A stretch of DNA of 64,000 nt from assembly GCA_951406725.2 (NCBI GenBank), contig OX597822.1:3844001-3908000 (forward strand), given 5' to 3'. This document shows, one piece after another, positions 1 through 13,544 of this stretch (position 1 is its first letter; each line of letters starts with the position of its first letter). The DNA is from Octopus vulgaris (Eukaryota). The notes below the pieces were generated by a model, which saw only the letters and a list, made by a program, of their open reading frames with translations, was not told the origin of the DNA and made no database searches. Position numbers and translations under genes: made by a program.

Positions 1-16
1 TAAAAAAATACAAGCA

Positions 17-385
17 TAGGCGCAGGAGTGGCTGTGTGGTAAGTAGCTTGCTAACCAACCACATGGTTCCGGGTTCAGTCCCACTGCGTGGCATCTTGGG
101 CAAGTGTCTTCTGCTATAGCCCCGGGCCGACCAATGCCTTGTGAGTGGATTTGGTAGACGGAAACTGAAAGAAGCCTGTCGTATATATGTATATATATAT
201 GTATGTGTGTGTGTTTGTGTGTCTGTGTTTGTCCCCCTAGCATTGCTTGACAACCGATGCTGGTGTGTTTACGTCCCCGTCACTTAGCGGTTCGGCAAAA
301 AGAGACCGATAGAATAAGTACTAAAGGCGGTGCTCCAGCATGGCCACAGTCAAATGACTGAAACAAGTAAAAGAGTAAAAGAGTA
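17..385 (+). mobile_element. tRNA-derived SINE, family A (internal TA/TG microsatellite, AAAAGAGT tail), with an internal deletion
   Basis: Pol III A/B-box-like head (TGGCTGTGTGG...GGTTCAGTCCC); homologous to copies at 35695-36099 and 50158-50625; tail AAAAGAGTAAAAGAGTA. Confidence 0.85.
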
Positions 386-561
386 TACTGTCACTGTAGA
401 CATATGTCCGGAATATAGCGATTTAGAAATTCCCAACAATCTAAATCTTTTGTACGCTAAGTTGAGATAGAAACGGAAACCTTTGCTAGGAATATTTCAA
501 CTGCATCAAAGAAATAAAAAAGTCTGTCTAAATTTCCAGACACTGTAAAGAGACGGCAATT

Positions 562-689
562 CACTTAAGGGGTTCAAATACTATACATGGCAGCACTTAA
601 GGGGTTCAAATATGATACATGGCAGCACTTAAGGGGTTCAAATATGATACATGGCAGCACTTAAGGGGTTCAAATACTATACATGGCAG
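562..689. repeat. 32-bp minisatellite, 4 copies
   Basis: CACTTAAGGGGTTCAAATA(CT/TG)ATACATGGCAG at 562, 594, 626, 658. Confidence 0.95.
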
Positions 690-1138
690 CCGATGGAGTT
701 ATGATTAAGAGCAATTAATTACTTAATTGTGTTTTGCATATTCAGTCTATAGAACATCGAATAATTGCCAGAAGGTTCGAAAGACAAAAGCAGAAGAGAA
801 AGAAGGAAGGTTTTAGACGATGTAATGACTAAAAGAGGCAGAGCATCCCAGGACCCTGCTTCCAATGTAAGACAAAGAAATTGTTTATAGTCTGTAACTG
901 AATAAGTTAAATATTATTGCTCCTTGATCCACGATTAAGATTTGTAATTTGATAGTGGCTTATTTAAAAAGAACATAAATCTCTCCCTCTCCTTTTTTCA
1001 CTCTCTCTCATACACATCTACATACACACGTATATATATACGTATATGCATACATACCTATACATATATATACCTATATATATTTATATATGTATATATT
1101 ATTTATATATACACACACACATATAAAATATACACATA

Positions 1139-1458
1139 TATATTGTTGTATTTCGGGATGGTCATTTTTCTTTTGCCAAGCAAACACACACACACACTAT
1201 ATTAGTTCTTCACTTGTTTATTACTGTTATTTTAACTCATGTCCATTGTCCGGAAATCTGTTGTCACACATCTGTGACCTCTTCAACGGCACTTTTCGTT
1301 TTCGTGCGTGCTCTCGTTCCACTTACTCCATTCTGACGGACAATGGACATGAGTTATAGATAAGAACAATAATAAACGAGTGAAGAACACCTATTATAGT
1401 GCGTGTGTTTATTTGACATAAAAGAGAAAAAAATGATCATCCCGAAATACAACAATAT
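1139..1458. mobile_element. MITE with ~110-bp imperfect terminal inverted repeats
   Basis: TATTGTTGTATTTCGGGATGGTCATTTTT... vs ...AAAAATGATCATCCCGAAATACAACAATA; a partial second copy lies at 62737-62940. Confidence 0.8.
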
Positions 1459-1508
1459 TTGTTTCAACAAACGATGTCACATCAGGAATCTTGAATCTTG
1501 CAACACAA

Positions 1509-1561
<53 letters not shown>

Positions 1562-1748
1562 ATTTGATGATTTTGTGGAAGCACGGAATATGAACTTTTT
1601 TTTATGTGTAGCTTGCATTAAAAATATTTTTTATATGTCTGGCACAGAAGTTTTATACCTGTAAGTTAAGCAATCGGTAAATGAAAGTCGGGATGGTGAT
1701 GTTTAAGATAGCGCAATGCTATTCTTTTTCAATCAGCTACTTAACAAA

Positions 1749-2146
1749 TCTCTCTATATATAAAGCTGAAGTTGTCTGTGTATGGCAGGATCGGTAGCCT
1801 TCAACTAACACTATCTCTTCCGAGGCCCTGCGGCAAAGTTGACCAAAATTGAGAGTATGATAGAAGCAGGCTTGCTCTACCTTCCGTAGAAGAAAAAAAT
1901 TCAAATTGGACCATGTTAACAACAAACATTTTTAACATCAAAAAGGTGCTTTTTTTCTATGAAAACCCCTATTTTTTACGATTTTTTGACTGCTATGTCG
2001 CCATTTTTCGGTGCATTTCAGCCAGAAAAATGTTCACTTAAAGAGAATAACAAGCTACATAATGCAAAATTTTTACTTTTCAAAAATTCTAATTCTAAGG
2101 TGTCGAAAAGAAAAGAAGCCCGAGCAACGCTAGGCTATACTGCTAG
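1749..2146 (+). mobile_element. non-autonomous Helitron-like element
   Basis: A|TC start, subterminal hairpin CCCGAGCAACGCTAGG, CTAG|T end, no TSD. Confidence 0.75.
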
Positions 2147-2246
2147 TCCTTGATATTGTAGCAGCATAGTTTATTAACTATTTCTTTATTGGAGAATTGA
2201 CTATAGATTATTCTGCTTATCTTGTTGATAAAATTCTAAAAAACTT

Positions 2247-2293
<47 letters not shown>

Positions 2294-4620
2294 GATTTAT
2301 ATAAGCAAACTTTTCATTCATTGGGCTTTCTGCGAGTCTTATTTAGTTCTTTTTAAGTCGTGTTCAACTTCAAGGATTTCAACAATAGTTAAGTTAATGG
2401 CTATACCAATTTATCGTTCGGAAATGCCAAACTTTTGAATAAAATCCTGCTTGTCAAGAATGTCATCATTTGCCATTAAACGTTATTCGAAAAAACATAG
2501 CAGCCATAGAGATAGAGCTGAAGTAAGCTCCATTATTCTACCTTCATGTATTGATTCCAACAGACTAGAAGCAAACTTTTGCACAACAATTGGGCGAGTT
2601 GCATTGTAGTGTCGTGAATTTCATTGGTTACTGCAGTTGTGGGGTCCCTGTGTCTGTGAAGTTGTTTGAAGGGTTTGCTATGTCATTTTTTTATATATTT
2701 TTTATTGAAATGCTTGTTAGCGTAGCCTCTGTGTGATTTTATGTCTATTGACAAACATGTCTTTATGTACTTCTGAGTGACAACAGTTTCAACTGCTTTA
2801 TGTGTCTACGTGCATCAATATTGAGTGCATTTTGAAACACACGTCCTTGCATTTGAACAATTCTATATAAGTGCGTGCGTCTGTGTACTTAATGTGCTGC
2901 ATTTGTGTCAGTTTGTATATATTCGAACCTAGACATTACAGTAAGTAGTACCTAAAAATATTCAATTTTTTAAAAAGTATTATCGAACCCTAACAACGGA
3001 TGTCCCAAGATGACATCGAACGACAGAATCGTATTCATAGGCAATAATTCAAGTCACCCACATTCTCTTCTCAGAAACTTACACATTAATTTGGGCAAAT
3101 GAATTTCAGTAATGTTCAATGATGAAATGGGATTCAGTAGAGTAAAAATGTGAAAAGATAATGCACTGGATCCTAGCAGTTTCAAAGACGCCTATGAAAT
3201 GTAATAAATATAATCATATATGAAGGCACGTAAATGAAACACCAACGGCATTTAATTATGCTACTTTGGTAAGGGTAAAAACCCTGATACATAAAACCGC
3301 CACTCGTCTTGTTCTGTGATTTTAGAGCAGGTAGGTCTTTGAGTGGAACCCATAAGAAACTTTTCTCTCCAACTTTTCTAACGATATACATCCATTGACA
3401 ATAATTTTGTGTAAGAAATAATATTTTTTGTCAAAACTAATTGAAAATTAAATATAAAGGTTCTTTAACTTTGTTTAACCCAGAAGAGAGTCTCTCTTCT
3501 TCAAAGGTAAATCACTAACAATGATACATCATGTGCTTGATACGCTCTGTTGCTTTTCAAAGATTATCCACGAAAATTGGCAGCAAAAGCCACGGCGAGA
3601 TGAACAGGAAAAATGTAGATCATAAGTCATCGCTACGGGTAGCATAATACGAAAGAGCAGCCGTGAATCTTGATCTGCACCAGAGAAGACTAAATCAAAA
3701 CGGACTTGCGAGACATGTTGGTGATGAAATTGTTAACTGTTGCTATGCAAAGAACGTTTTTGCAAGACAGAATCGCTCAGGGAATATTTTATCTGCATGT
3801 AAAAAATTCCTATAACTTTTCTCTGTTGCTAACTATTTAGGATGAGCATAAAAAAAATAGTTAACGATTTAGGATGAACAAAGAGAAAAAGTAAAAAATG
3901 AATTATGTCTTCTTAAGCTATGAACTACCTTCAATCCTTTGTCTTCTCTCTCTTTTAAGAAACTTCGTAGCTTAATTTGTAACTTGGGTTATGCCGCGCC
4001 GACAATCCCGAAGTAAAATGAAAGTAAAAAGAAAAAAAAAGAAAAATAGGAACTTCATTTGGTCTAAGAAAGAAATTTTCAAAAGATTGAAATTAAAAAT
4101 TAAATATACATGCTCTTCAGCTTTGTTTAAGCGAGAAATGATGCTGTCTCCTTTAATGGCGAATCAACACCAGAGGCAAACCACGTGTTTTAAATAAATA
4201 ATTTAACTCTCCAGAATGCAACCAACAATAGGATAGAATGATGTAATTTCCTCACTTAAAGAATAAACCTGCACAGTAGTAATTGCCTAAATATATTCTG
4301 TTACATACAGAGCCGTTGTCAAATCTAATATTAACCAAATGGGTATTGATTATATAGAAGGGACTGCTAGCTAATTTAAAAAGGGATATTATGAACATGA
4401 TTACACATTTAAATATTTCGAAGAACATTGTGCATGACATTTGGAAGGAATATCTCTTATCCTATTTGAAATAACAGTAAAGCCCATATTATTGAATGTT
4501 GGCCTTCGATAAAGTAGGTTGCAATGGAATATATTTTTCATCATTATCGCCAAGATACGCAATCCATTCTGAAAGATGAAACTAAAGCTAAGCCGCAGGG
4601 AAAACCCCACCATTTATTGA

Positions 4621-4622
<2 letters not shown>

Positions 4623-4682
<60 letters not shown>

Positions 4683-4735
4683 TGTATGTATGTATGTATG
4701 TACGTATATATATATATATATATATATAGATAGAC

Positions 4736-4818
<83 letters not shown>

Positions 4819-4820
4819 GA
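4623..4820. repeat. compound microsatellite (TA)n(TATG)n(TA)n(TAGA)n
   Basis: direct reading. Confidence 0.95.
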
Positions 4821-5191
4821 TATGTATATACATATCCGAATACATACATTGATATGTTTGTGTATACATATATATTATAACCTTACGTATGCATCGTCGT
4901 GTCATAGCAGCAAATGGTTCTTACGGTATTTGTATATAGTCATAGATCAGCTTTTCCGTTCGTCCCCAGTTTGATTCGGGTACGTGATTTCGATAAGCCA
5001 GAGAAATGGTGAAATATCGTTATCCATCGCTCCTAAATGGTACTGGGGGCTCGTTGACTCGCTTATCTATGAATTTCAGGTGATTTAACATCCACTGGTA
5101 TGAAGAAGTTATCCCCAGTGCGCTATATTGCATGGGAGTGGCGAACAAGCAAAACACACACTGAATATGTGCGGTCGGTAATATATATGTG

Positions 5192-5596
<405 letters not shown>

Positions 5597-5739
5597 CCAC
5601 TCTGTTATCATTATTAGGAATCACACTTTATACATTGGTAACGTATATAACCATTAAATTCAATCTGGTTCTCAACATACTAGATTTTAAGTTACAGTTG
5701 TTAATAACGTTTTTCTTCTCTTTCAAAGCTTAATAACAA

Positions 5740-6125
5740 TCTCTCTCTATATAAACGGCAGTTTGTCTGTGTGTGTTTCTGTGTGTCTGTTTGCTTGTAC
5801 CCTCACCCTGACCACGGCTTTCAACCGATTCTGATGAAGCTTGACACACACATAGCCCAATGTCATAATTCAAAACTAACGCAGCGAAAATTTTGAAAAG
5901 TTCCCCCAGTTCTGAAAAAAATCGATAAATTCGACATGGGGTCGACAATCAGAAACACAAACCACAAACTGTGTAGGGGACGCAACTCCACCTTTTTTAA
6001 CTCTCAAAAAAAAAATTTACCATCATTTTTTTCCATTTTTTTGCTATTTTTTGGCTATAACTCTCTAAAAATGCGTTATAGTTATTTCCCTTACAAACCT
6101 GAGCAACGCCGGGCGATACTGCTAG
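5740..6125 (+). mobile_element. non-autonomous Helitron-like element
   Basis: A|TCTCTCTCTATATAAA start, hairpin CCTGAGCAACGCCGGG, ATACTGCTAG|T end. Confidence 0.8.
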
Positions 6126-6630
6126 TCTAATATAAAAAAATGAGTTAATTTATCACAACCTACGATATGATTCATCAATTTTCTTAAGTATTACCTAACA
6201 GTTTCCTTCAGAAAACGTCTAGAAGCGCTGTTAATCTATTCAATTATCGTTCACCAGAATGATCAAATATTTTTTATTAGTATTATTATTTTTATACTAT
6301 ATAATACTACACTTATAACTCCTAAGCTCAAATTAACACGCCACACCCCTTCGATGTTACCTAATATTATTATAAAACCGGTGTTATACACTTAGGCAAC
6401 TAATTTATATATTTTATGCAATATCGATTTTTGTAACCATGCTTTCACTCATTATAATACTGACTCTATTTCGTAAAATATAATTATCTGTACAATACAA
6501 CATTGCGCAATGAATAGCACACATAAATAGTAGGAACTACGAAAGGCTTATTGTAAAATGGATTTCATTGTAAAATGTACCTTTGCATGCTGAGTACAAT
6601 ACGCATAGTTAATAGCATATATTATCTCTT

Positions 6631-6972
6631 GTGAAGGCGCATGGCTCAGTGGTTAGAGCGTCGAGCTTATGATCGTGAGGTTGTGAGCTCGAATCCCGGA
6701 CCGGGCTGCGTGTTGTGTTCTTGAGCAAGACACTTTAGTTCACGTTGCTCCATTTTACTCAGCTGTAGAAATGAGTTGCGACGTTACATGTGCCAAGCTG
6801 TATCAGCCCCTTTGCCTTTCCCTTGGATAACATCAGTGGTAGGGAGAGGGGAGGCCGGTATGCATGGGCGACTGCTGGTCTTCCATAAATAACCCTGCCC
6901 AGACTTGTGCCTGGGAGGATAACTTTCTAGGTGCAGTCCCATGGTCTCTGTCGTGACCGAGGGGGGTCTCAG
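6631..6972 (+). mobile_element. tRNA-derived SINE, family B (TTGAGCAAGACACTTT core, GACCGAGGGGGGTCTC tail)
   Basis: tRNA-like head GGCGCATGGCTCAGTGGTTAGAGCG; 10-bp TSD ATTATCTCTT at 6621-6630 and 6973-6982; second copy at 13208. Confidence 0.9.
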
Positions 6973-8702
6973 ATTATCTCTTAAAATTTTAAATGAAAAT
7001 TATTATTTTATCTGGATATTTTTACACATATACTAAGCATTTATGCTTCTACTTGTAATAACACTGATTAGTTTTAAAAAGAAAGAAATAGTATTATGCA
7101 TGCTTACGACCGACTAGAATCTTTAAGATCATCTTAAGTAAACAAATACATATGTGAATTCTATGAATCATTTCCCTTATAATTCCTTAATTTCAATTTC
7201 AAACTTATTGCACCAAATATTATAAAGCATTGATTATCTCGTAGTAACTGCGACCACAATGGAAATGTACGATTCGACTTAATCATTTCACACTTAGCGA
7301 AAGTATGAAATGGGTTTCGATCTGTTTCTATGTTGATTCTTTCAGTTGTTCGAATCAACTCAACTACTTACTGAATGAATTAGCGTGTAAGTGGTTGAAT
7401 ATTCCAGACATGCGTAATCCTCATGAAGAGGTTATCTGGCCATCTGAAAAACGCTATGAAAAAAGACCGTTATAATTCCGCTACTTATATAAAAGCGCTA
7501 ATCCAATGACCGCTAATTAAAATATGGTTAAAAGTTCATAGTAAACACGTAAGCATGCCTACTCATACGCATACACGTGCGTACGTATACGTCACTATGA
7601 AAACGTACACATCTTCACTCGCATTTTTCGCCAAATGTATACACATATATATACAAACTCATACACACGCGCACCGTAAATGTTCATACATACGTTTATA
7701 TACGCACAAGCACAAGAAAAAACATGATTAAAGGTAACAATACAGAAAAAAAGCAACAAAACAGAAAAAAACATAAGGAAGTATACAAAGCGTAAAACCA
7801 CATTCATATACGGACGTGCCCTTATGCACGCACACATACACACGCCCATATATGTGCGTATAAATTTCCTCTATTTCCATAATAGTGAGGTCTCTTTCTT
7901 TCTCTTGTTATCTTACCGTTTTTACCAATATATATATATATATAACTGATTCACCTGTTTGTTATTTATACACCTGTCTTCGGGTGAGATTGATTAGGTA
8001 CACAGTATTATGAAATGTCGGAGACAGCAGTTGTAACGATAAAAATGTGTTGTTGTAACGGTAAGTTGTAGGATGTGAAAGATGAACATTTATTTACCGT
8101 TACGTTACATTACCTTGCCTCGGCGAGCAGGTTATGATAAATCCAAAAGCATGCGAAGTAAAGTTTGTGTTTGTGTTCTCTTCATTGTTTAGTAGTAATT
8201 ACGGAGGGAGATAGAATTATGTTGTAAGGAAACAGGATTAGAGCTAGTGGGAGTTGTAGGGTTGTGGGACAATAAACTGACAATAAACTTCATTTCTCCC
8301 TCCGAGCAAAGTTCTAGCTGCTGAGCCAGTCCTCGTTCTCACTGAGTTGTCACAGAAGTGACTAAATGGTTGAGTCATCACCAAGTGACTGAACTATCTT
8401 TTTGCTTGGGGTTTCTGCTTTTATAACTATCCGGAAGGATAGACATATCATTGAGAACAATGGGCTTCGTTTGTGGTACTGTGATATCTCTATTCTAGCG
8501 TTTGGTGAAGTAGAAGAGATTATAAGGGTCAAGTGCTGACGACACTATTTCGGCTTATCTAAGGCAATCTGGCAAATGTAAAACAGCTGCCAGAGAAAAA
8601 CCATTCTTCCACAGTGAGAAAAGTTCTGTTGAACTGTTAATTTAAATTTGGCTATGATGGATCGAATCTACTTCATGCCTGCAATGATTAACTATATATA
8701 TA

Positions 8703-9786
8703 CAGGGTTCAGAGAATGAACATTCGCCTAAGTTACACAAAAATGAAAATAAAATTGACAGCTTATTTTAACAGATATATTTACCAAAACTACATAAATA
8801 TATCTTGAAATGCTAAATTCATTCGATAAAATTGCCATTGGCTTCAACCACGGCCTCCAGACTACTTTGGAATCGTCTGCAATTCCTCTGGGCGGGCTAC
8901 TTGTGTAATTTGGTGAAAGCTGCCATAATCCTTGCTTTCAGTTCATCCTTAGTGTTACAAGGAGTTTCGTTGGTCTCTCGCGCAGCTGCACCCCACACAT
9001 ATTAATCAAGGGGAGTTTCAGTTTGGGGAGTTAGGTGGCCAGATGGTAGGGGTGAAGTGGTTGCAGGAGCTGGCAGAGTCGTTAGCACGCCGAGCGAAAT
9101 AATTGGTGGTATTTCGTCTGCCATTACGTTCTGAGTTCAAATTCCGCCGATGTCGACTTTGCTTTCATCCTTTTGGGGTCGATAAATTAAGTACCAGTTA
9201 CGCACTAGGGTCGATGTAATCAACGTAATTCCTTTGTCTATCCTTGTTTGTCCCCTCTATGTTTAGCCCTTTGTGGGTAATAAAGAAGAAATTGTCTGAG
9301 AGTGATGATTGGGTTCTCCTGCTTTCGTGGCATGATGCATAGTCCTGTTGCCAGACACAGGTTCTTCCAGCAGCCACCATTTTGAACCAGACCAGCACTA
9401 TCTCCACCAGACACTTGATGTAGGCCCCCGTATTGAGTCTGAAGCCGTGTGGGAAGATGTATAGAGGTATAATGTCGCCATCACTAGTGACCATTCCAAA
9501 TATCATGTTGACTGGATGTTGATTTTTATTCCTCTCAGTCAATGTCTTCACAGTGACACCAAAACACACTGAAATATTCGTATTGGATCTTCCGGCATGA
9601 ATGCCAAGCAGTACAGTATGTCGTCTCCAAATTTCTAGCAGAGTGAATTGCATAATGGTGCTGGTTTTATCACAGACGGTGTCCAACTGACCCTACTATA
9701 CTGTGTAGTCGACAAAATAAAAACAAACCATGTGCATGCGCGAAATTGAAAATATAAAACTGCGAGAATTTACCTATGGCACCCTA
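8703..9786 (-). mobile_element. internally deleted Tc1/mariner (DD37D/maT-like) transposon, interrupted by a SINE
   Basis: TA|CAGGG...ACCCT|A termini; ORF 9198-9686 contains HPVNMIFGMVTSDG...WQQD; homologous to 61826-62676. Confidence 0.8.
9066..9287 (+). mobile_element. SINE family C nested in the transposon
   Basis: GAGCTGGCAGAGTCGTTAGC...GAGTTCAAATTCCGCC...TGTGGGTAATAAAGAA; many copies in the window. Confidence 0.85.
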
Positions 9787-9806
9787 TATATATATATATA
9801 TATACC

Positions 9807-9856
<50 letters not shown>

Positions 9857-10148
9857 TATTGAACCTTGAGAGGGGCGTTATGCCAGTAATATTAAACATG
9901 CTCTGGTTCGGTTGTGCTCGTGTTGTTGTTTCCTTCTCAGTCTTTGTCAATTAATTATTTCATCGCATCGTTGCAATCTCTTCCGTAACACGTCTCTCTA
10001 TTTCCATTTCTTTTGAACTTATGTTCCAGCGTTGGAATTTGTCCGAACGCTGAGTATTTGAGCGTCTGTATGTCTGTATGTGTGTGTGTTTACACATATG
10101 TGTGTGCATCTGTATGTCTGTGTGTGAGTTTTAAATACCGACTTGTCA

Positions 10149-10539
10149 TCTTTATATATAAAAGAGAGGTTGTGTGCTGTCTCCTACGATTTAGATTCCT
10201 TACTCCCACATTTTACGGTGCAGTTTAACCAAAACCGGGTATCTTATAGTCGTGATTCATATCGAGCCCTTCTGGGTATTAGCGCGCGTCTACGATAAGT
10301 CTACGATTTAAAAAAAAAATTACCATCAATTTTCCCCATTTTTAATGCATTTTTTGCATATATAAGGGAAGTAACTCTCTAAAAATTTATTATTAAATCT
10401 CAGAACGTAAAGAGCTACAGTAACACCCCCCCCCCTTTGTGGTTAGCCATATTGAGATGGCTATTATACTTTACATCTCTAAAATGCTTATATAGTTATT
10501 TCCCTTACAAACCCGAGCAACGCCGGGCGATACTGCTAG
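10149..10539 (+). mobile_element. non-autonomous Helitron-like element
   Basis: A|TCTTTATATATAAAA start, hairpin CCCGAGCAACGCCGGG, CTAG|T end; 3' ~60 bp nearly identical to the copy at 5740. Confidence 0.8.
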
Positions 10540-11019
10540 TTTTTTTATATACATAAGATAGCGGTTTTGGTTTTCTCTGATTTCTTCGTAAACGCACATG
10601 TTCATCCAAATAACGTTTCTCTCAAAGACAGTTAAACCGTCTTCTTTGTTAGATAAATAATAAAATAAACTGATGTCTATCTGTGCGTGAGTATGAGCCT
10701 GTGCATGCGTGCACGTGTGTCCCTGTGTGTATGGGAGGTTATATGTGTACGAGCGTGTGTCTGTGTTTGCGTGTCTGTGTGTGTGAGCATATGTCTGTAT
10801 TAGTGTCTCATTTTGATGTGTATCTGTGTGTGTGTTCGTGTGTATGTGTGTGTTCGTGTGTATGTGTGTGTTCGTGTGTGCTTGTGTGTACGTGTGTACT
10901 TCTGTATGCATGTTTCCGTTTGTGCGTATGCGTATGTGTGTGTTTCCCTGTGGACGTGAGGACATGTATGTGTCCTTGTTTGTCCTTGCATGTGTGTGTG
11001 TGTGTGTGCGTGTGTGTGG

Positions 11020-11655
11020 TCATGTTTCGTTTATGAAGACTGATTCTCGTATCTGTCGTTGCGCTGCGTCGTCCAGGTGTCTAGACAGGATTTCTATGTT
11101 AATCCAGTCGAGCACACCACCATGTTGTTCTTTGACATGCTGATAGAGTATCGGGTCTTGTCTTTGATCCCAGTAGTCCTTCCAATGTACATTTATATGC
11201 TCGGCCAAACTTCTCGCCGTTTCACCAACGCATGCAGTCTTCCGGTATTCACAATCATCATCTATGCAGTTTATTTGGTAAACTACATTTCTGGTTATGC
11301 AGTTGATTTTAGGGCTATACTTGTACACTACACAGTTCTCCTTTACACACGTGGTCTTTCTGAAGGGGTATGTTTTGCATATTACTGACCTAATGGATCT
11401 CCCAAGTTTTTTCCATGACTTTTATGTTCAACATAGTATCATTCAGGATTTTTCTTATTCTATGGGTTAGTTCCCCGTGTGGTGTGGCGTCTACATACAT
11501 CACCCCTTGGAACTTGTCGCCATTGTTCCACGTGTTCTTTTTGTACGTCTTATAAGCTATTTGTATAGTATTCCAGTGCTTACTACGGTGCCTAGGTTGT
11601 GTTCCTTTGGCATCCTTATTTACAATCTCTTCAAATTTCTTGCTAGACCCCACTG
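11020..11655 (-). pseudogene. Penelope-like retroelement fragment: linker plus GIY-YIG endonuclease
   Basis: NVVYQINC...C.....VGETARSLAEHINVH...LYQH...H...RQIRESVFI matches the Penelope GIY-YIG pattern; upstream MYVDATPHGEL...IKVMEK segment is in a separate, broken frame. Confidence 0.8.
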
Positions 11656-11693
11656 TATACACGAATGCGTGTGTGCGTGCATGTGTGGTGTGT

Positions 11694-11737
<44 letters not shown>

Positions 11738-11939
11738 GAAACAGAAAAGAAGGATAAATGAGGGAGGAGAGGATCGCCTGAAAAGTAGGGAATACTAATT
11801 ATAATTATTTGTGATTTAAGTTTAAGGACTAGAATTTTGAGTGGAATTAGTAACGGCATTGCATCGCTAGTGCTGTGGACCTGGGCAGAATTTAAGCTGA
11901 GAAGGTAGAGATAGATGAAATAGCGTTAACCAATTTGCC

Positions 11940-12235
11940 TGATGCGCACACGAATCTTCTTGGTCGCCGCGTCAGTAATGATAGTTCCAAATTGTGACAC
12001 AAGGCTAGCAATTTCTGGGAAAGTGTGTAAGTCGATTACAGCGACCCCATTGTTCAATTGGTACTTATTTTATATATCCCGAAAGGATTAAAGATAAAGT
12101 CGGTCACATCGGAATTGACTTTGCCTTTCATCCTATTGGGGTCGACAGAATAAGTACCAGCTGAACCCTGCGGTTGATGCTATCGACTTGTCCCCTAACC
12201 CAAAATAATTAGCCCTATGCAAAATTTGAAACAAT
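11940..12235. mobile_element. two degenerate SINE family C fragments in opposite orientation
   Basis: GTCGATTACAGCGACCCC...GGTACTTATTTT (minus) followed by GACTTTGCCTTTCATCC (plus). Confidence 0.6.
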
Positions 12236-12262
12236 TATTACTATTATTTACTTTTATCACAG

Positions 12263-12387
12263 GTTTTGTTGGAATTCTTGGAATCTTGTATGCGTAGCAG
12301 GCTTACAACCTGCAGCATACGGTACCATGCCAAGCAATCTTTTCAACTATCTAATGCTTTCCTGATTATTCTGGCCGGGCCAAGGAG
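12263..12387 (+). other. candidate 125-bp internal exon of an unidentified transcript
   Basis: pyrimidine-rich TTTACTTTTATCACAG acceptor and GAG|GTAAGC donor; one frame open (VLLEFLESCMRSRL...AGPR); no recognisable homology. Confidence 0.3.
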
Positions 12388-12461
12388 GTAAGCCTTTTGG
12401 AAAAGTTCTATTCTAATTTTCTTGATATTCCTCTTGATGTCTTCTATGATTATTAGTATTA

Positions 12462-12512
<51 letters not shown>

Positions 12513-12513
<1 letters not shown>

Positions 12514-12725
12514 AGCGGGGAGATGGCAGAGTCGTTAGCGCGCCGGGCGAAATGCTTAGCGGTATTTCACCTGTCACTAAGTTATGAGTTCAAATTCCAC
12601 TGAGGTCGACATTGCCTTCCATCCTTTCAGGGTCGATAAATTAAGTACAAGTTGAGTATAGGGCCGATGAAATTGACTAGCCCTTTTACCCAAAATTTCA
12701 GGCCTTGTGCCTACAATACGAAGGC
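12513..12725 (+). mobile_element. SINE family C, adjacent to (ATT)n
   Basis: same head and body as 9066-9287 with an alternative tail (GGCCTTGTGCC). Confidence 0.75.
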
Positions 12726-13207
12726 TTATTATAATTATTAAGGCAGCGAGCTGGCAGAATGGTTAGCGCATGGGGCAAAATGCATTTATTCCGGCTCTGG
12801 GCGCAAGGTTAGCCAAGTACATAACTTGTACTTTATTGATCCTGTGTATAGGGTTGTTAGCAATCCCGCGAAGCATTCTGCTAATCCATTGCCTGATATA
12901 ATTATATAATAATTATAATAGGGTTAAAGAGCGATAATAACAGGAATTGTTGTAATGACAAGGATAATGATATTAATACTGATGCTATTAGTACTCCGTT
13001 CATCTAAGTGCAAGAGAACGGCATAATTCTAATAAGATTGGCCAGTCGAAAATTTACGAGAATATATGAATTTAGATTAGTGTGGGTCTTGTTTTAAGGT
13101 TTTAAACACCACACGAGGGAGGATTTCATTACTAAATCCTTAGATAATTAGGGTTAATCACATTCGCTTTCGGATAGCGTACCTCATGTGTGTTAATATG
13201 TAGTTAG

Positions 13208-13544
13208 TGTAGGCGCATGGCTCAGTGGTTAGAGCGTTGACTATACGATCGTGAGGTTGTGAGCTCGAATCCCGGACCGGGCTGCGTGTTGTGTTCTTGA
13301 GCAAGACACTTTATTTCACATTGTTCCAGTTCACTCAGCTGTAGAAATGTGTTGCGACCTCAAAGGTGCCAAGCTGTATCGGCCTCTTTGCCTTTCCCTT
13401 GGATAACACTGCTAGCATGTAGAAGGGAGGCTGGTATGCATGGGTGATTGCTGGTCTTCCATAAACAACCTTGCCCGGGCTTGTGCCTGGGAGGGTAACT
13501 TTCTAGGTGCAATCCCCTGGTCAGTCTTGACCGAAGGGGGTCTC
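13208..13544 (+). mobile_element. SINE family B
   Basis: colinear with 6631-6972 throughout. Confidence 0.88.

Noticed and set aside
562-689. CRISPR-like appearance of the 32-bp repeats
   Set aside because: Units are contiguous with no spacers, there are no cas genes, and the context is eukaryotic
5831-5840. CTGATGA inside the Helitron-like element
   Set aside because: No stem II or GAAA follows; a chance match
6635-6710. tRNA-like sequences here and at 13210, 16205-16280, 36540-36612 and 46650
   Set aside because: They are SINE heads continuous with SINE bodies and TSDs, not stand-alone tRNA genes
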